Positions 52,760-62,004 are shown, counted from the stretch's first letter. The stretch: 64,000 nt of DNA from Oscillospiraceae bacterium (GCA_031268095.1 JAIRXU010000008.1:15622-79621), one strand, 5' to 3'. Notes: a model not told the origin generated them from the letters alone. Numbers and translations are program-made.

Positions 52760-53962
52760 TTATAGCAGCCCGGCGGCAGCCCGGCGGAGATCCTCCGCCC
52801 GGTCCAGCCGTTCCCAAGGCAGGTCAAGGTCCGTGCGGCCGACATGCCCCAGCGCGGCAAGCTGGCGGTAAATGGGACGGCGCAGATCAAACGCCCGAAT
52901 GATTGCCGTGGGGCGCAGGTCGAACAGTTCCCGGACGAGCTCCCCCAAGGCGGCGTCCGGCAGTTTCCCTGTGCCGAAGGTTTCCGCCAGCACGGAGACG
53001 GGCCGGGCCACTCCGATGGCATAGGCCAGCTGGATCTCACATTTTTGGGCCAGCCCGGCGGCGACGATGTTCTTCGCAACATGCCGGGCGGCGTAGGCGG
53101 CGGAGCGGTCCACTTTGGTGGGGTCCTTACCGGAGAAGCAGCCGCCCCCGTGGCGGGCGTAGCCCCCGTAGGTATCGACGATAATTTTGCGTCCCGTCAG
53201 GCCGCTGTCTCCCTGGGGGCCGCCGATGACAAAACGGCCCGTGGGGTTGACGTAATACACGGTGGCATCGTCCAGCAGCGCGGCGGGAATGGTGGGGTTC
53301 ACCACCCGCTCAATCATGTCCGCCCGGATCTGCTCCAGGGAAACGGCGGCGCTGTGCTGGCTGGAGACGACGACGGTGTCTACCCGCAGCGGCGCGCCGT
53401 TCTCGGCGTATTCCACCGTGACCTGGGTTTTACCGTCGGGGCGGAGGTACGGCAGGGTTCCGTCCCGGCGAACCTCCGTGAGACGGCGGGCCAGGGCGTG
53501 GGCCAGGGAGATCGGCAGGGGCATATATTCCGATGTTTCGTCGCAGGCGAAGCCGAACATCATTCCCTGGTCCCCCGCGCCATTGGTCAGGTCTTCGTCC
53601 GCCGAAGCGGCCGTCTTCTGCTCCAGGGAATGATCCACCCCCAGGGCAATGTCCGCCGACTGCTCGTCAATGGCGGTCAGCACAGCGCAGGTGTTGCCGT
53701 CAAATCCTTTATCAGCGCTGTCGTACCCGATGTCGCAGATCACGTCCCGGGCGATTTTGGGAATGTCCACATAGCAACTGGTGCTGATTTCTCCCATGAT
53801 CAGCACCAACCCCGTCGTCGTGATGCACTCGCAGGCCACACGGCCCTGGGGGTCTTTGGCCAGGATCGCGTCCAGCACAGCGTCTGAGATCTGGTCGCAG
53901 ATTTTGTCTGGGTGGCCCTGGGTGACGGATTCGGACGTAAAGAGCTTGCGGTTGGATGGCAT
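52760..53962 (-). CDS. metK: S-adenosylmethionine synthetase
   Basis: [53 protein letters not shown] 53960-53962 lies 8 nt after AAGAGG. Confidence 0.95.
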   Translation of the reverse strand: MPSNRKLFTSESVTQGHPDKICDQISDAVLDAILAKDPQGRVACECITTTGLVLIMGEISTSCYVDIPKIARDVICDIGYDSADKGFDGNTCAVLTAIDEQSADIALGVDHSLEQKTAASADEDLTNGAGDQGMMFGFACDETSEYMPLPISLAHALARRLTEVRRDGTLPYLRPDGKTQVTVEYAENGAPLRVDTVVVSSQHSAAVSLEQIRADMIERVVNPTIPAALLDDATVYYVNPTGRFVIGGPQGDSGLTGRKIIVDTYGGYARHGGGCFSGKDPTKVDRSAAYAARHVAKNIVAAGLAQKCEIQLAYAIGVARPVSVLAETFGTGKLPDAALGELVRELFDLRPTAIIRAFDLRRPIYRQLAALGHVGRTDLDLPWERLDRAEDLRRAAAGLL

Positions 53963-54042
53963 AATGGGCACCTCTTTCCAGCAAAAATGATTTTTTTGGG
54001 GGGATCGCCGCGGCGCAACGGAGCACCGGGCGTTTTGGACAG

Positions 54043-54078
54043 AAAAAACCAGCGTCTTCGGCGCGCCAAAGACACTGG
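54043..54078 (-). terminator. riboswitch-controlled intrinsic terminator in the metK leader
   Basis: Minus strand reads CCAGTGTCTTTGG-CGCG-CCGAAGACGCTGG (13 bp, including 2 G.U pairs) followed by TTTTTT. Confidence 0.75.
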
Positions 54079-54090
54079 GAAATGTTGAGA

Positions 54091-54203
54091 GATCCTCTTA
54101 TCTTTCGGTCGCGCCGCAGGATGGAGCCCCTTGCGTCACGGACCGCCGCGCGTAGGTTGCCGGGCATCACAGAGCCTGTTCTCTCCGCCACTCTTTATAA
54201 GAT
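54091..54203 (-). promoter_or_regulatory. SAM-I (S-box) riboswitch aptamer
   Basis: Minus strand reads ATCTTATAAAGAGTGGCGGAGAGAACAGGCTCTGTGATGCCCGGCAACC....GGGGCTCCATCCTGC....GAAAGATAAGAGGAT. This matches the S-box consensus (CTTATCAAGAG.GG.GGAGGGA.....CCCGGCAACC...GGTGCTAA.TCC.GC...AGATAAG), and P1 TCTTAT/ATAAGA is present. Confidence 0.9.
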
Positions 54204-54245
54204 CGTGTTATGGCATTGTCAAGTTCCGGGGGGGGCTTGATTTGT

Positions 54246-54274
54246 ATGATAGCACATGCCGGGTAGATTGTCAA
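54246..54274 (-). promoter_or_regulatory. sigma-70-type promoter of the metK leader
   Basis: Minus strand reads TTGACA, 17 nt, TATCAT (TG-extended). It is about 35 nt upstream of riboswitch P1. Confidence 0.55.
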
Positions 54275-54318
54275 GAGGCCCGCAGCACGAAATGATGAAA
54301 TATCCAGAAAAAAATCAC

Positions 54319-54347
54319 TTGCAATTTCTGAAAATTTCGTGTATAAT
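54319..54347 (+). promoter_or_regulatory. sigma-70-type promoter of the phosphodiesterase gene (divergent from metK)
   Basis: TTGCAA, 17 nt, TATAAT, with a TG-extended -10 (TGTATAAT). Confidence 0.55.
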
Positions 54348-54383
54348 GCTAATGGCCAAATTAAAAAGAGTAGGAGTGAACGT

Positions 54384-55379
54384 ATGTTTAAGTTGATTCT
54401 TCGCATCGCCGCCTTCCTCGAAAGCCTCATCGCCTTCCTCGTTGTGCTCAGCGCCACGGGGGCCAAAACCGACGTCGGCGTTTATACCGACACGCTGGAC
54501 AAATCCGGCATCTTCGTCAACTGCGCTGACAGCTCCCTCCCCCAGACCGCCCTGCACGACATCGTCCTTGATCATTTCAAGGCGCCTCTGCCCGCCGGGA
54601 AGACCGTGAAAAAGTGCCTGGTAGTGGGCTTTGACGGCGCCCGCGCCGACGCGCTGTTCAACATGGTCAACGGCGCCAGCGGCATCCAGGAACTTGCCGC
54701 TTCCGGCGGGGTATATCAGATGTACGCGGGCGGAAAGATCCCGCACCTGCAAAGCACCGTCACCGCTCCCGGCTGGACGACGCTGCTGACCGGCGTTTGG
54801 GCCAACGGCAAGGGCGGCCACGGCGTCACCGCCAATGGCGTGACCAAAGCGGCGGACGCCCCGCCGATCGTTTTCACGCAGCTGTTCGATCTTGAAAAAG
54901 TCCAGAAAACCGCCTTCATTGTCTCCTGGGGCGGACACTTCACGGACGCCGAAGCATCGTACCGCAACGACATGGCCTATGCGGCCTCGAAGAGCTACAA
55001 TGCCCTCTGGCTGACCCAGCCGGACGACCGGACCAACGAGAACGGCCTGGGCACGTATGAACGGACGCTGCAGGAAGTGCAGGATCCCGCCGGGGCGGAC
55101 TTCACGTTCTGCATTCTGGAGCACTGCGACCACAATGGCCACGGCAGCGGCTACGGCAACTGGAATCCCGAATACATCGCGGCCTTCCGCGCGGCGGACA
55201 GCGAGGCCTTCCAGCTGATCCAAGCGGTCAAGGCCCGCGCTACTTTCGGCACGGAAGACTGGCTGATCCTCATCACTTCCGATCATGGCGGCATCGGGCA
55301 GGGACACGGCCAGCAATTCGCCGTCGAGCGGCAGATCTTCATCGCCAGCAATAAAGAACTGGGTGTAAGCGTGTCATAG
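54384..55379 (+). CDS. alkaline-phosphatase-superfamily protein (nucleotide pyrophosphatase/phosphodiesterase-like), secreted or membrane-anchored
   Basis: Hydrophobic N-terminus. VVGFDGARADAL, TAPGWTTLLTG, EHCDHNGHGSGYG and LITSDHGG are metal-ligand motifs of the NPP/AP superfamily. ATG 54384 follows AGGAGTG. Confidence 0.8.
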   Translation: MFKLILRIAAFLESLIAFLVVLSATGAKTDVGVYTDTLDKSGIFVNCADSSLPQTALHDIVLDHFKAPLPAGKTVKKCLVVGFDGARADALFNMVNGASGIQELAASGGVYQMYAGGKIPHLQSTVTAPGWTTLLTGVWANGKGGHGVTANGVTKAADAPPIVFTQLFDLEKVQKTAFIVSWGGHFTDAEASYRNDMAYAASKSYNALWLTQPDDRTNENGLGTYERTLQEVQDPAGADFTFCILEHCDHNGHGSGYGNWNPEYIAAFRAADSEAFQLIQAVKARATFGTEDWLILITSDHGGIGQGHGQQFAVERQIFIASNKELGVSVS

Positions 55380-55389
55380 AAACAGAACT

Positions 55390-55440
55390 GTCCCCGCGCC
55401 GACGAGACGCGGGGACGTTGATTTTGCTTTGATTTTATTT
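55390..55440 (+). terminator. intrinsic terminator after the phosphodiesterase gene
   Basis: Stem GTCCCCGCG / CGCGGGGAC with a 9-nt loop, then GTTGATTTTGCTTTGATTTTATTTTT. Confidence 0.7.
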
Positions 55441-55443
55441 TTA

Positions 55444-56482
55444 TCAGCCCAATTTCTTCGCTGCCCAGCGCGCCAGGCGCTTCACCAGCGGTTCTTTCGG
55501 CGGGTCCAGCACCAGGGCCAGGGCGTCCTCCCACCGCTGCCCCGCGACCGCTTCCCGGAATCCCGCGCGGCCGGACTGGTCCGCCCGGGGATAGTTCACC
55601 GCGTCCTGCACTTGCGGCAGCGTCCCATAGCGCAGCAACTCTTCCCGCAGCGCTTCCATGGAATAGCCGCCCTTCTCGCGGCAACCGCACAGGTGATAAT
55701 ATAATTCATTTTTCAGCTGCACCGCCGCGTAATATGCCGCCTCCCGGGGAATCAGCGGCTCCCGCTCCAATGTCTCCGTCAAAAGAGCGTGGAGCGCCAG
55801 GGAATCGTCAAAGAAATGCTTCATGAACCGGGAGGTTCCGCCACCCATGCGGTAGGAATACAGCGGCTCGCGCAGCATCACCAGGCAGCGGACGTGCGGC
55901 AGCAGACGCAGGTTGTTGCTAAGATCTTCTCCAAAGAACTGTACCACCACCGCAAAATCCAGAACCCGGCGAATCAGCGCGGCGGTGTATAACTTTCCAC
56001 ACATGTAGCCAGGGAATCCCGCAATACCATAATAGCTGAGTATTAGTTTCCGCAGAATCTCGTCATGAAAAGCCACTTGAACCGGCGGATCCGTTTTCTT
56101 CCGCGGTCCGCGGATTGGTCCCAGGAAACGGCGGACTTCAAACTGCACCAAATCCGCGCCGTACTGCTCCATCGCTTCCTTGGCCCTGCGCAGCGCTTCC
56201 GGCTCCAAGACGTCGTCCGAGTCCAGGAAGGTCATCTCCTCCCCCAGCGCCAGGGCAACTCCATACTGCCGGGTCCGTTCCGCGCCTTTGTTTTCCTGAT
56301 GGAATACCCTAATCCGCCGGTCCCTTTCCGCCAGCCGGTCGCAGAGCGCGGCGCAGGGCGGGGCGGAACCGTCGTCGATCAGAATCATCTCCCAGTCCGG
56401 ATAGGTCTGCCGCAGGACAGACTTCACGCAGGCCTTGAGAGGCCGGTTTGGTGTTGTAGACGGGAACAATGACGCTGATCAT
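55444..56482 (-). pseudogene. family 2 glycosyltransferase with a frameshift after codon ~13
   Basis: ATG 56480-56482 (AGGAGGG 5 nt upstream) gives MISVIVPVYNTKP.. (canonical GT2 beta-1), then goes out of frame. The long ORF (TTG 56469) resumes as ..PLKACVKSVLRQTYPDWEMILIDDGS..LDSDD. The shift maps to AAACCGGCCTCTCAAGG (~56437-56445). Confidence 0.6.
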
Positions 56483-56516
56483 GGCGACCCTCCTGGTTTT
56501 CAAAAAAATCAACGGA

Positions 56517-57881
56517 TCAGTTCCGGAAACTGTGGATCGGCGGGGGGATCCGTCCGCCGCGGCGGATGAACGCCTCGCAGGAAGTGCTGTTGACCGGCAT
56601 CACCGGGGCGGACCCCAGCAGACCGCCGAACTCTACGGTGTCCCCAACCTGCTTCCCTGCGGCGGGGATGATCCGCACGGCGGTGGTCTTGCCGTTGATC
56701 ATGCCGATGGCCATTTCGTCCGCGATGATCCCGGCGAGGGTTTCCGCTGAGGTGTCGCCGGGCACGGCGATCATATCCAGCCCGACAGAGCACACGCAGG
56801 TCATGGCCTCCAATTTTTCCAGCGTCAGCGCGCCGGACCGGGCCGCCTCAATCATACCGTGATCCTCGCTGACGGGAATAAACGCGCCGCTCAGGCCGCC
56901 AACATAACTGGAGGCCATCACGCCGCCTTTTTTGACGTTGTCATTGAGCATCGCCAGCGCCGCCGTCGTGCCGGGCGCACCCGCCTGGGCCAGCCCCATT
57001 TCTTGAAGGATCTCCGCGATGCTGTCCCCAACAGCGGGGGTCGGGGCAAGGGAGAGGTCGATGATCCCGAAAGGAACCCCCAGCCGCCGGGACGCCTCCA
57101 GCGCCACCAGCTGCCCCACCCGGGTGATTTTGAAGGCCGTTCGCTTCACCGTCTCGCAGACGGTCTCGAAATCCGCGCCCCGGACTTCTTCCAGCGCCCG
57201 CTTCACCACGCCCGGGCCGCTGACGCCGACGTTGATGACAAGGTCCCGCTCCCCTGCGCCGTGGAATGCCCCGGCCATGAAGGGATTATCCTCTACGGCG
57301 TTGCAAAACACCACCAGCTTCGCGCAGCCGACGGATCCCTGCGCCGCCGTTCGGGCGGCGGTTTCTTTGATCACGTGCCCCATGCGGGCGACGGCGTTCA
57401 TATTGATCCCCGCGCGGGAAGAGCCGACATTAACGCTGGCGCAGACCCGCTTCGTTTCCGCCAGCGCGGCGGGAATGGTGTGGGTCAGCGTGCGGTCGCT
57501 TTGGGTGCTGCCTTTTTGGACCAGCGCGGAAAAGCCGCCGAGAAAGTTGACGCCGACGGTTTCCGCCGCCCGGTCCAGCGTCTTGGCGACGGCGACAAAA
57601 CCTTCCGTATCCGTTCGCAGCCCGGCGGCCGCCTGGGCGACGGGCGTCACGGCGATACGCTTATTCACCACCGGGATCCCAAATTGCAGGGCGATATCAT
57701 CCCCGGCCTGGACGAGGTGTTCCGCGGCGCGGGTGATTTTGTCGTAGGCCTTTGCGCAGAATCGCTCCACCGTTTCCGCCGTGCAGTCCAGCAGGCTGAC
57801 GCCCATGGTGATGGTCCGCACGTCCAGATTCGCTTCGGCAATCATGCGGTTGGTTTCCTGAATTTCCATGCGAGAGATCAT
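56517..57881 (-). CDS. UPF0210/DUF711 (PFL-like) family protein
   Basis: [33 protein letters not shown].. and full-length conservation typical of UPF0210. GGAGG 6 nt before the ATG. Confidence 0.85.
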   Translation of the reverse strand: MISRMEIQETNRMIAEANLDVRTITMGVSLLDCTAETVERFCAKAYDKITRAAEHLVQAGDDIALQFGIPVVNKRIAVTPVAQAAAGLRTDTEGFVAVAKTLDRAAETVGVNFLGGFSALVQKGSTQSDRTLTHTIPAALAETKRVCASVNVGSSRAGINMNAVARMGHVIKETAARTAAQGSVGCAKLVVFCNAVEDNPFMAGAFHGAGERDLVINVGVSGPGVVKRALEEVRGADFETVCETVKRTAFKITRVGQLVALEASRRLGVPFGIIDLSLAPTPAVGDSIAEILQEMGLAQAGAPGTTAALAMLNDNVKKGGVMASSYVGGLSGAFIPVSEDHGMIEAARSGALTLEKLEAMTCVCSVGLDMIAVPGDTSAETLAGIIADEMAIGMINGKTTAVRIIPAAGKQVGDTVEFGGLLGSAPVMPVNSTSCEAFIRRGGRIPPPIHSFRN

Positions 57882-57924
57882 AGGGAACCTCCGTTATCAT
57901 AATGGGATGGCAGCGGGGGGCTCT

Positions 57925-59928
57925 TTATTTCGCCGGTTTTCTCGACGCCCGCAAAATCGCGTCCAGCACACAATCAACATAGAGTTTACTCGCCGGGTCT
58001 TTGGCGTCGGATGTTCGGAAGTGGATGCCATCCGCGGCAAGCAGGTCCGTGTGGCCGGAGATCGCGGCCGCCCAGTCCGCAACCGTCACATACGGATACT
58101 TCGCCTCCAGCGTCCGTTCGAACTCCATGGTTCGGTACGACGCCCAGGTTTTGTTCCAGCGGCCGTCATAGGGCGTCACAAAAATGAGGCGGCGCCCTGG
58201 ACCGAGGCCGTCAATAATCGCCTCAATCTGGCTTTCATAGTAGTCGCTGGCGTTGGTTCCCAGGGCAATAATCACATATTCCCGCAGTTCGTCCGCCCGC
58301 TGCATTTGCAGCATCATATCACGCCCCTGATAGAGGAACCGGGAGACCTGCGCGTCCACCTTACAGTCCGGCACCGCCTGGATCAATCCTTCCCGGGCGT
58401 CGAGGCAGATGGAATCTCCCAGGACGGTCGTGCCCCGCAGCACACCGCTGTCCTGCCGCCCGCCGGATACCTGCGCGTCCACCGGGATTTCGACGGATGT
58501 GTCCTGGCTGCGTTCCATGGCGGCGGCGCCTCCGGCATCCTCTATCGGGGACCCATTGAGCGCGGCGGCTTTGGCCCGGACTTGCTGCACGGCGTCTTTG
58601 TCCTGGCGCACACTCTCCAGCCAGTGCTGCGCGTCCAGGGACGTCAGTTTCGGCTGCCGGGCCAGGACCGCCAGATCCAGCGGCACAGCCAGGACCAGCA
58701 GCGCCGCCGTCAGCGTCCTGGGGTTCAGCGTCAGCTTCGTCGCGGACCCCGGGCCGCTTTTGCCGCGCCCGGACCATTCCCGGGGCGGCAGCTTCCCCCG
58801 GAAGAGGGGATCCAGCCGGTAATACGTCACAGCGGAGCAAGCCACTGCCGCCAGCAGCGTCACCAGCGAAGCCACAATGTTGTTGGGAATCACATGGGAA
58901 AAGACGATATACAGCGGCCAGTGAAACAGGTAGATATGATAAGACAGCTCCGCCGGGACGGAGAGCGCCCTGGGCTCGGCGAGCGTTTTGGGCGTGACTT
59001 CATGCAGCGCCCGGGCGGCGCAGATCAGCAGCGCGGCCAGCAGGGACGCCGCCGGCATGCCGAACCGGAAAGCAAACGCCTTCGAAAAGGAAACCGAAAC
59101 CGCCAGCGCGAGGATTCCTCCCAGGGACACCGCTCCGGCGGCGACGGAGAGCGCAGCGCAGCGGCGGGGGCTGCGCCGCATGGATTCCCGCCGGCTCTTT
59201 TTCAGCCGCAAGCCAAACAGGGCCCCTGCCGCGGAGCCGATCATGAAGGGGAATCCGTGGGAGCCGGAGCCAAAATAAGCCCGGGAAAAATCCGGCGCCG
59301 TCCCTGCTTCCGCCGGCGCAGCGCGCAGCGCGACAAGCATGCGGAGGTAGGAGGCGAGGGCAAGCGCCGCCGCGCAGAGAAACAGCCCCCAGCGCAGCAG
59401 AAACAGCCGCACCGCCGGGGACAGCGTTTGGTCTTTCCGTTTGTTTCGCTGCCGGTTGATCAGGTACACCAGCCCGGCGCAGAGCAGACCCCAAAACAGA
59501 TAGAAATGCGCCTCGACGGCCAGGGACCAGGTATGCAAAAACAGATGGGGCATGAACTTTGCTTCATAGGCCCCGCCGGTGAGAATCTCGAAATAGTTGG
59601 TCGCGAAACCCAGCACCCCGGCGGCCTGCCGCCCGATGCCGACGGTGAAGTCCTTGGAAACCAGCAGGGCAAAGGGGAGACCCAACACAAGGGAAAAAAG
59701 CAGCGGCGGGAAAATCCGCTGGAAGCGCCGTTTTCCGTACGCCAGCGCGCGGAACGTTTCACTTTTGCGGTACTCCTCGATCATCAGCGCGGTAATGAGA
59801 TAGCCCGAAAAGGTGAAAAATACGTCCACCCCGAGGAATCCGCCGGGCAGTACATCCGGGAAAAAATGATATACCAGCACCAGGGCAAGCCCCAGCACCC
59901 GGACGACACTCAGCCATTTGATCCTCAT
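57925..59928 (-). CDS. OatA-like O-acyltransferase (acyltransferase-3 membrane domain + C-terminal SGNH hydrolase domain)
   Basis: RVLGLALVLVYHFFPDVLPGGFLGVDVFFTFSGYLIT (AT3 motif) and about 10 TM helices. The C-terminal domain has VLGDSI (the GDS block). Confidence 0.85.
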   Translation of the reverse strand: MRIKWLSVVRVLGLALVLVYHFFPDVLPGGFLGVDVFFTFSGYLITALMIEEYRKSETFRALAYGKRRFQRIFPPLLFSLVLGLPFALLVSKDFTVGIGRQAAGVLGFATNYFEILTGGAYEAKFMPHLFLHTWSLAVEAHFYLFWGLLCAGLVYLINRQRNKRKDQTLSPAVRLFLLRWGLFLCAAALALASYLRMLVALRAAPAEAGTAPDFSRAYFGSGSHGFPFMIGSAAGALFGLRLKKSRRESMRRSPRRCAALSVAAGAVSLGGILALAVSVSFSKAFAFRFGMPAASLLAALLICAARALHEVTPKTLAEPRALSVPAELSYHIYLFHWPLYIVFSHVIPNNIVASLVTLLAAVACSAVTYYRLDPLFRGKLPPREWSGRGKSGPGSATKLTLNPRTLTAALLVLAVPLDLAVLARQPKLTSLDAQHWLESVRQDKDAVQQVRAKAAALNGSPIEDAGGAAAMERSQDTSVEIPVDAQVSGGRQDSGVLRGTTVLGDSICLDAREGLIQAVPDCKVDAQVSRFLYQGRDMMLQMQRADELREYVIIALGTNASDYYESQIEAIIDGLGPGRRLIFVTPYDGRWNKTWASYRTMEFERTLEAKYPYVTVADWAAAISGHTDLLAADGIHFRTSDAKDPASKLYVDCVLDAILRASRKPAK

Positions 59929-59959
59929 TCCCCGCCGTCTCCTTCTATTTTTTCTTTTG

Positions 59960-60733
59960 TCAGTTGGACTTCTTCCCTAAGTTCCAGATCCCCGCCGTCT
60001 TTGTTCCGTCGGTGTCGGTGAGGACGCCCAAGCCGTCAAACACGCCGTAGCGGAACGCGCCTTCATAGATCCAGCCTTCCGGGCTATGATATATTCCCTG
60101 GCCGTCATATCGCCCCGCCGCAAAGGACCCTTCGTAGATCTTTTGTCCGCCGGCGGAAATATAGGCTCCCTGCCCCTCGGCCAGCCCCTGGAGGAATGCG
60201 CCCTCATAGCGGCTGCCATCCGGAAAAAGAAACGTCCCCTCCCCGGTCTGGCCCCGTTCCCCCCAGATGCCCGTATAGGCCCAGCCATCCTCCGAAAGAA
60301 ACTTCCAAGCCTCGCCGTCTTCTTCCGGGGAAACCTTGCCGCCGTCTGGTCCGGTCAGCGTTCCTTCGCCGGTAACGACCCCTTTCGAGAACTTCCCGGT
60401 ATACGTCCAGCCGGCGGCAGTGAACGTTCCTTCGCCGTCAAACCGCCCGTCCCGGAACGCGCCGACATAGCTGCTGCCGTCGGCGAAGCGCAATTCTCCC
60501 GTGCCGTCGAACTTGCCGCCGGTCAGGAGCCCGTCGTAGGTCAGCGATCCGTCCGCGTAGCTTTTGCCTTTGACCGAAGAGGAACCGCCAAAAGCGCCCA
60601 GCGCATAGAGCGCGAGCGCAAAAAGACCCAAAGCGACGGTGAGCGTCGCAGCCGCAGGATGGATGGCTTTCTTCCGGCTGTTTTTTCGTTTTGCCGGCTC
60701 CCTCAAGTGTTCCGTGTTTCTCGCATTATCCAA
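59960..60733 (-). CDS. TM-anchored MORN-repeat protein (7 repeats)
   Basis: Seven Y-x-G-x-(4)-G-x-(3)-G-x-G units, e.g. YVGAFRDGRFDGEGTF and YEGSFAAGRYDGQGIY. There is an N-terminal TM helix. The TTG start is uncertain. Confidence 0.75.
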   Translation of the reverse strand: MDNARNTEHLREPAKRKNSRKKAIHPAAATLTVALGLFALALYALGAFGGSSSVKGKSYADGSLTYDGLLTGGKFDGTGELRFADGSSYVGAFRDGRFDGEGTFTAAGWTYTGKFSKGVVTGEGTLTGPDGGKVSPEEDGEAWKFLSEDGWAYTGIWGERGQTGEGTFLFPDGSRYEGAFLQGLAEGQGAYISAGGQKIYEGSFAAGRYDGQGIYHSPEGWIYEGAFRYGVFDGLGVLTDTDGTKTAGIWNLGKKSN

Positions 60734-60778
60734 AGCTGGTACCCTGCTCTAACTTCCATAATTGGATTACTGAATTTT

Positions 60779-60807
60779 ATTATATCATCTACGGCGTGGA
60801 TATGCAA
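60779..60807 (-). promoter_or_regulatory. sigma-70-type promoter of the MORN-repeat gene
   Basis: Minus strand reads TTGCAT, 17 nt, TATAAT, with a TG-extended -10 (TGATATAAT). Confidence 0.55.
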
Positions 60808-61036
60808 GACGCTGGCAAAAAAAATTTGTGACAGCCCAATCAAGTCCGAAAAACGACTTCGCCGGGCTCCGCCGGGGATGTTTCGCCCCGGCGCGGGGCT
60901 TCCCGCTTGGGATACCAGAGCCAGACACACCCACCCAGGTGCCAATCCCCCGGCATCCAGCGGTACTGCGCGGGCGGCGGAAACAGCACGGGCGCGGCGG
61001 AGAGAACCGGAGACGGCGGCGTTTTCTCCGTGACGC

Positions 61037-61107
61037 TGCGGGGGATTTCCGTTTGCGGAGAAATTTTCGCCTGCGGGGAAATTTCTGCCTGCGGAGAAAT
61101 GATTTTG
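61037..61107 (+). repeat. four tandem copies of a 17-18-bp unit TGCGGrGAAATTTyyGCC
   Basis: TGCGG recurs at 61037, 61054, 61072 and 61090. The units are TGCGGGGGATTTCCGTT, TGCGGAGAAATTTTCGCC, TGCGGGGAAATTTCTGCC and TGCGGAGAAATGATTTTG. Confidence 0.8.
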
Positions 61108-61166
61108 AGCATGGCGGGCATGAGAACGCCTCCTCTCCGGATGTTGGAGTCCACTCGTGTTATGGG

Positions 61167-61720
61167 TCAGCGCCGTGTCCCGTCAATATGGATGCCCCGG
61201 GTCTCAATGTAGCTGTACGTATTCAAGGGGCGGTTGTCGGCGTCGTTGGTGTGGGCGGCGACAAGGATATTGGACGGGTCCGCAGGCTGGCCGACAGAAA
61301 CCACCAAAAGCGTATGGCCAAAGTCTGTCTTTCCCGCGAACTTCAGCTGCACCAGATCCCCCTGCTGTACCTCTTCCGCGGGGATCACATGACCGTATGG
61401 GCCCGCGCCTTTGTTACGGACTAAGAAGTTATAGAGGAACGGTACGCCGGTCCAGGCCGGCGACCGGCGGTTCATGCTGTAATAAAACCAGCCGTTGTCC
61501 GGTTTCACGTTCATCGCGCCGCTGCCCGCATAGAGGCATTGGGAGATGAAATTTGCACCGTACCCAAAAAACCTATATGCCGCAAAAATTCCAGCGTAGG
61601 GCTATTGGGTATGGAATACTGGAACCATCCGCAATAAACCCATACCAGCAAAAGGCTGGTTTCCCGTTTTCTGGACGGAAGTTTTTGGAATAATCCGCCC
61701 GCGCACCCAATACATTGTAC
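61167..61720 (-). pseudogene. 'putative amidase domain' (PF12671-like) protein remnant
   Basis: ORF 61167-61514 carries the C-terminal half (GWFYYS..SPAWTGV..GDLVQL..GHTLLV..AAHTNDADNRPL). The in-frame upstream sequence reads *PYAGIFAAYRFFGYGANFISQCLYAGSGA, where the expected DCTNF Cys is replaced and there is a TAG at 61602-61604. Further N-terminal similarity lies in a different frame. Confidence 0.5.
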
Positions 61721-61746
61721 AAAAGCTGAATCGTGGGGGTGCAACC

Positions 61747-61896
61747 ATGGCAGACGGTAAGAAAATCATGCTTCCGAAGCAATTGCAAATCGAGATGATG
61801 AAATTCTTCTTGAAGACTTCCATTCCTCATAAAAAAATGCAATTGCAAGGGCGGCAGAAGCAGGCGCAACAAAACAATCCCCTATCGAAATTATAA
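61747..61896 (+). CDS. 49-aa basic small protein preceding a serine-recombinase start (below the ORF-track size cutoff)
   Basis: ATG 61747; MADGKKIMLPKQLQIEMMKFFLKTSIPHKKMQLQGRQKQAQQNNPLSKL; TAA 61894-61896. It is followed 18 nt later by GGAG and the recombinase ATG. Confidence 0.4.
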   Translation: MADGKKIMLPKQLQIEMMKFFLKTSIPHKKMQLQGRQKQAQQNNPLSKL

Positions 61897-61914
61897 GATA
61901 GGAGATTTGTTGTA

Positions 61915-61974
61915 ATGGAAACAGCTATTTACGTGAGGGTAGCTACCTACCAGAAAAACCAAGTCCCCATATAA
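61915..61974 (+). pseudogene. 5' stub (19 codons) of a serine recombinase gene
   Basis: METAIYVRVATYQKNQVPI* has the hallmark N-terminus of (large) serine recombinases (AIY-x-R-V-S/A-T..Q). It is cut off where the AT-rich element begins. Confidence 0.45.
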
Positions 61975-61980
61975 AATTAA

Positions 61981-62004
61981 AAAAGCCCGATTTACAAGGC
62001 TTTT
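61981..62004 (-). terminator. hairpin overlapping the stop of the 83-aa gene
   Basis: AAAAGCC / GGCTTTT stem with a 10-nt loop. On the minus strand it is followed by TTAATTTTAT. Confidence 0.45.

Noticed and set aside
54194-54222. Second TTGACA-17-TATAAA promoter-like sequence upstream of metK
   Set aside because: Its -10 overlaps the 5' strand of riboswitch helix P1. Transcripts from it could not form the aptamer, so the upstream TTGACA-17-TATCAT (54246-54274) is the more plausible promoter.
54315-55316. 333-aa minus-strand ORF
   Set aside because: It is antisense to the phosphodiesterase gene, which has a promoter, RBS, signal sequence and catalytic motifs. It is a shadow ORF.
57868-60021. 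717-aa plus-strand ORF
   Set aside because: It is antisense to the OatA-like and UPF0210 genes and has an extreme Arg/Gly/Pro/Gln composition. It is a shadow ORF.
61037-61107. CRISPR array
   Set aside because: The repeats are only 17-18 bp, directly abutting with no spacers, and there are no cas genes. The same reasoning applies to the two 21-mers at 63294-63527.
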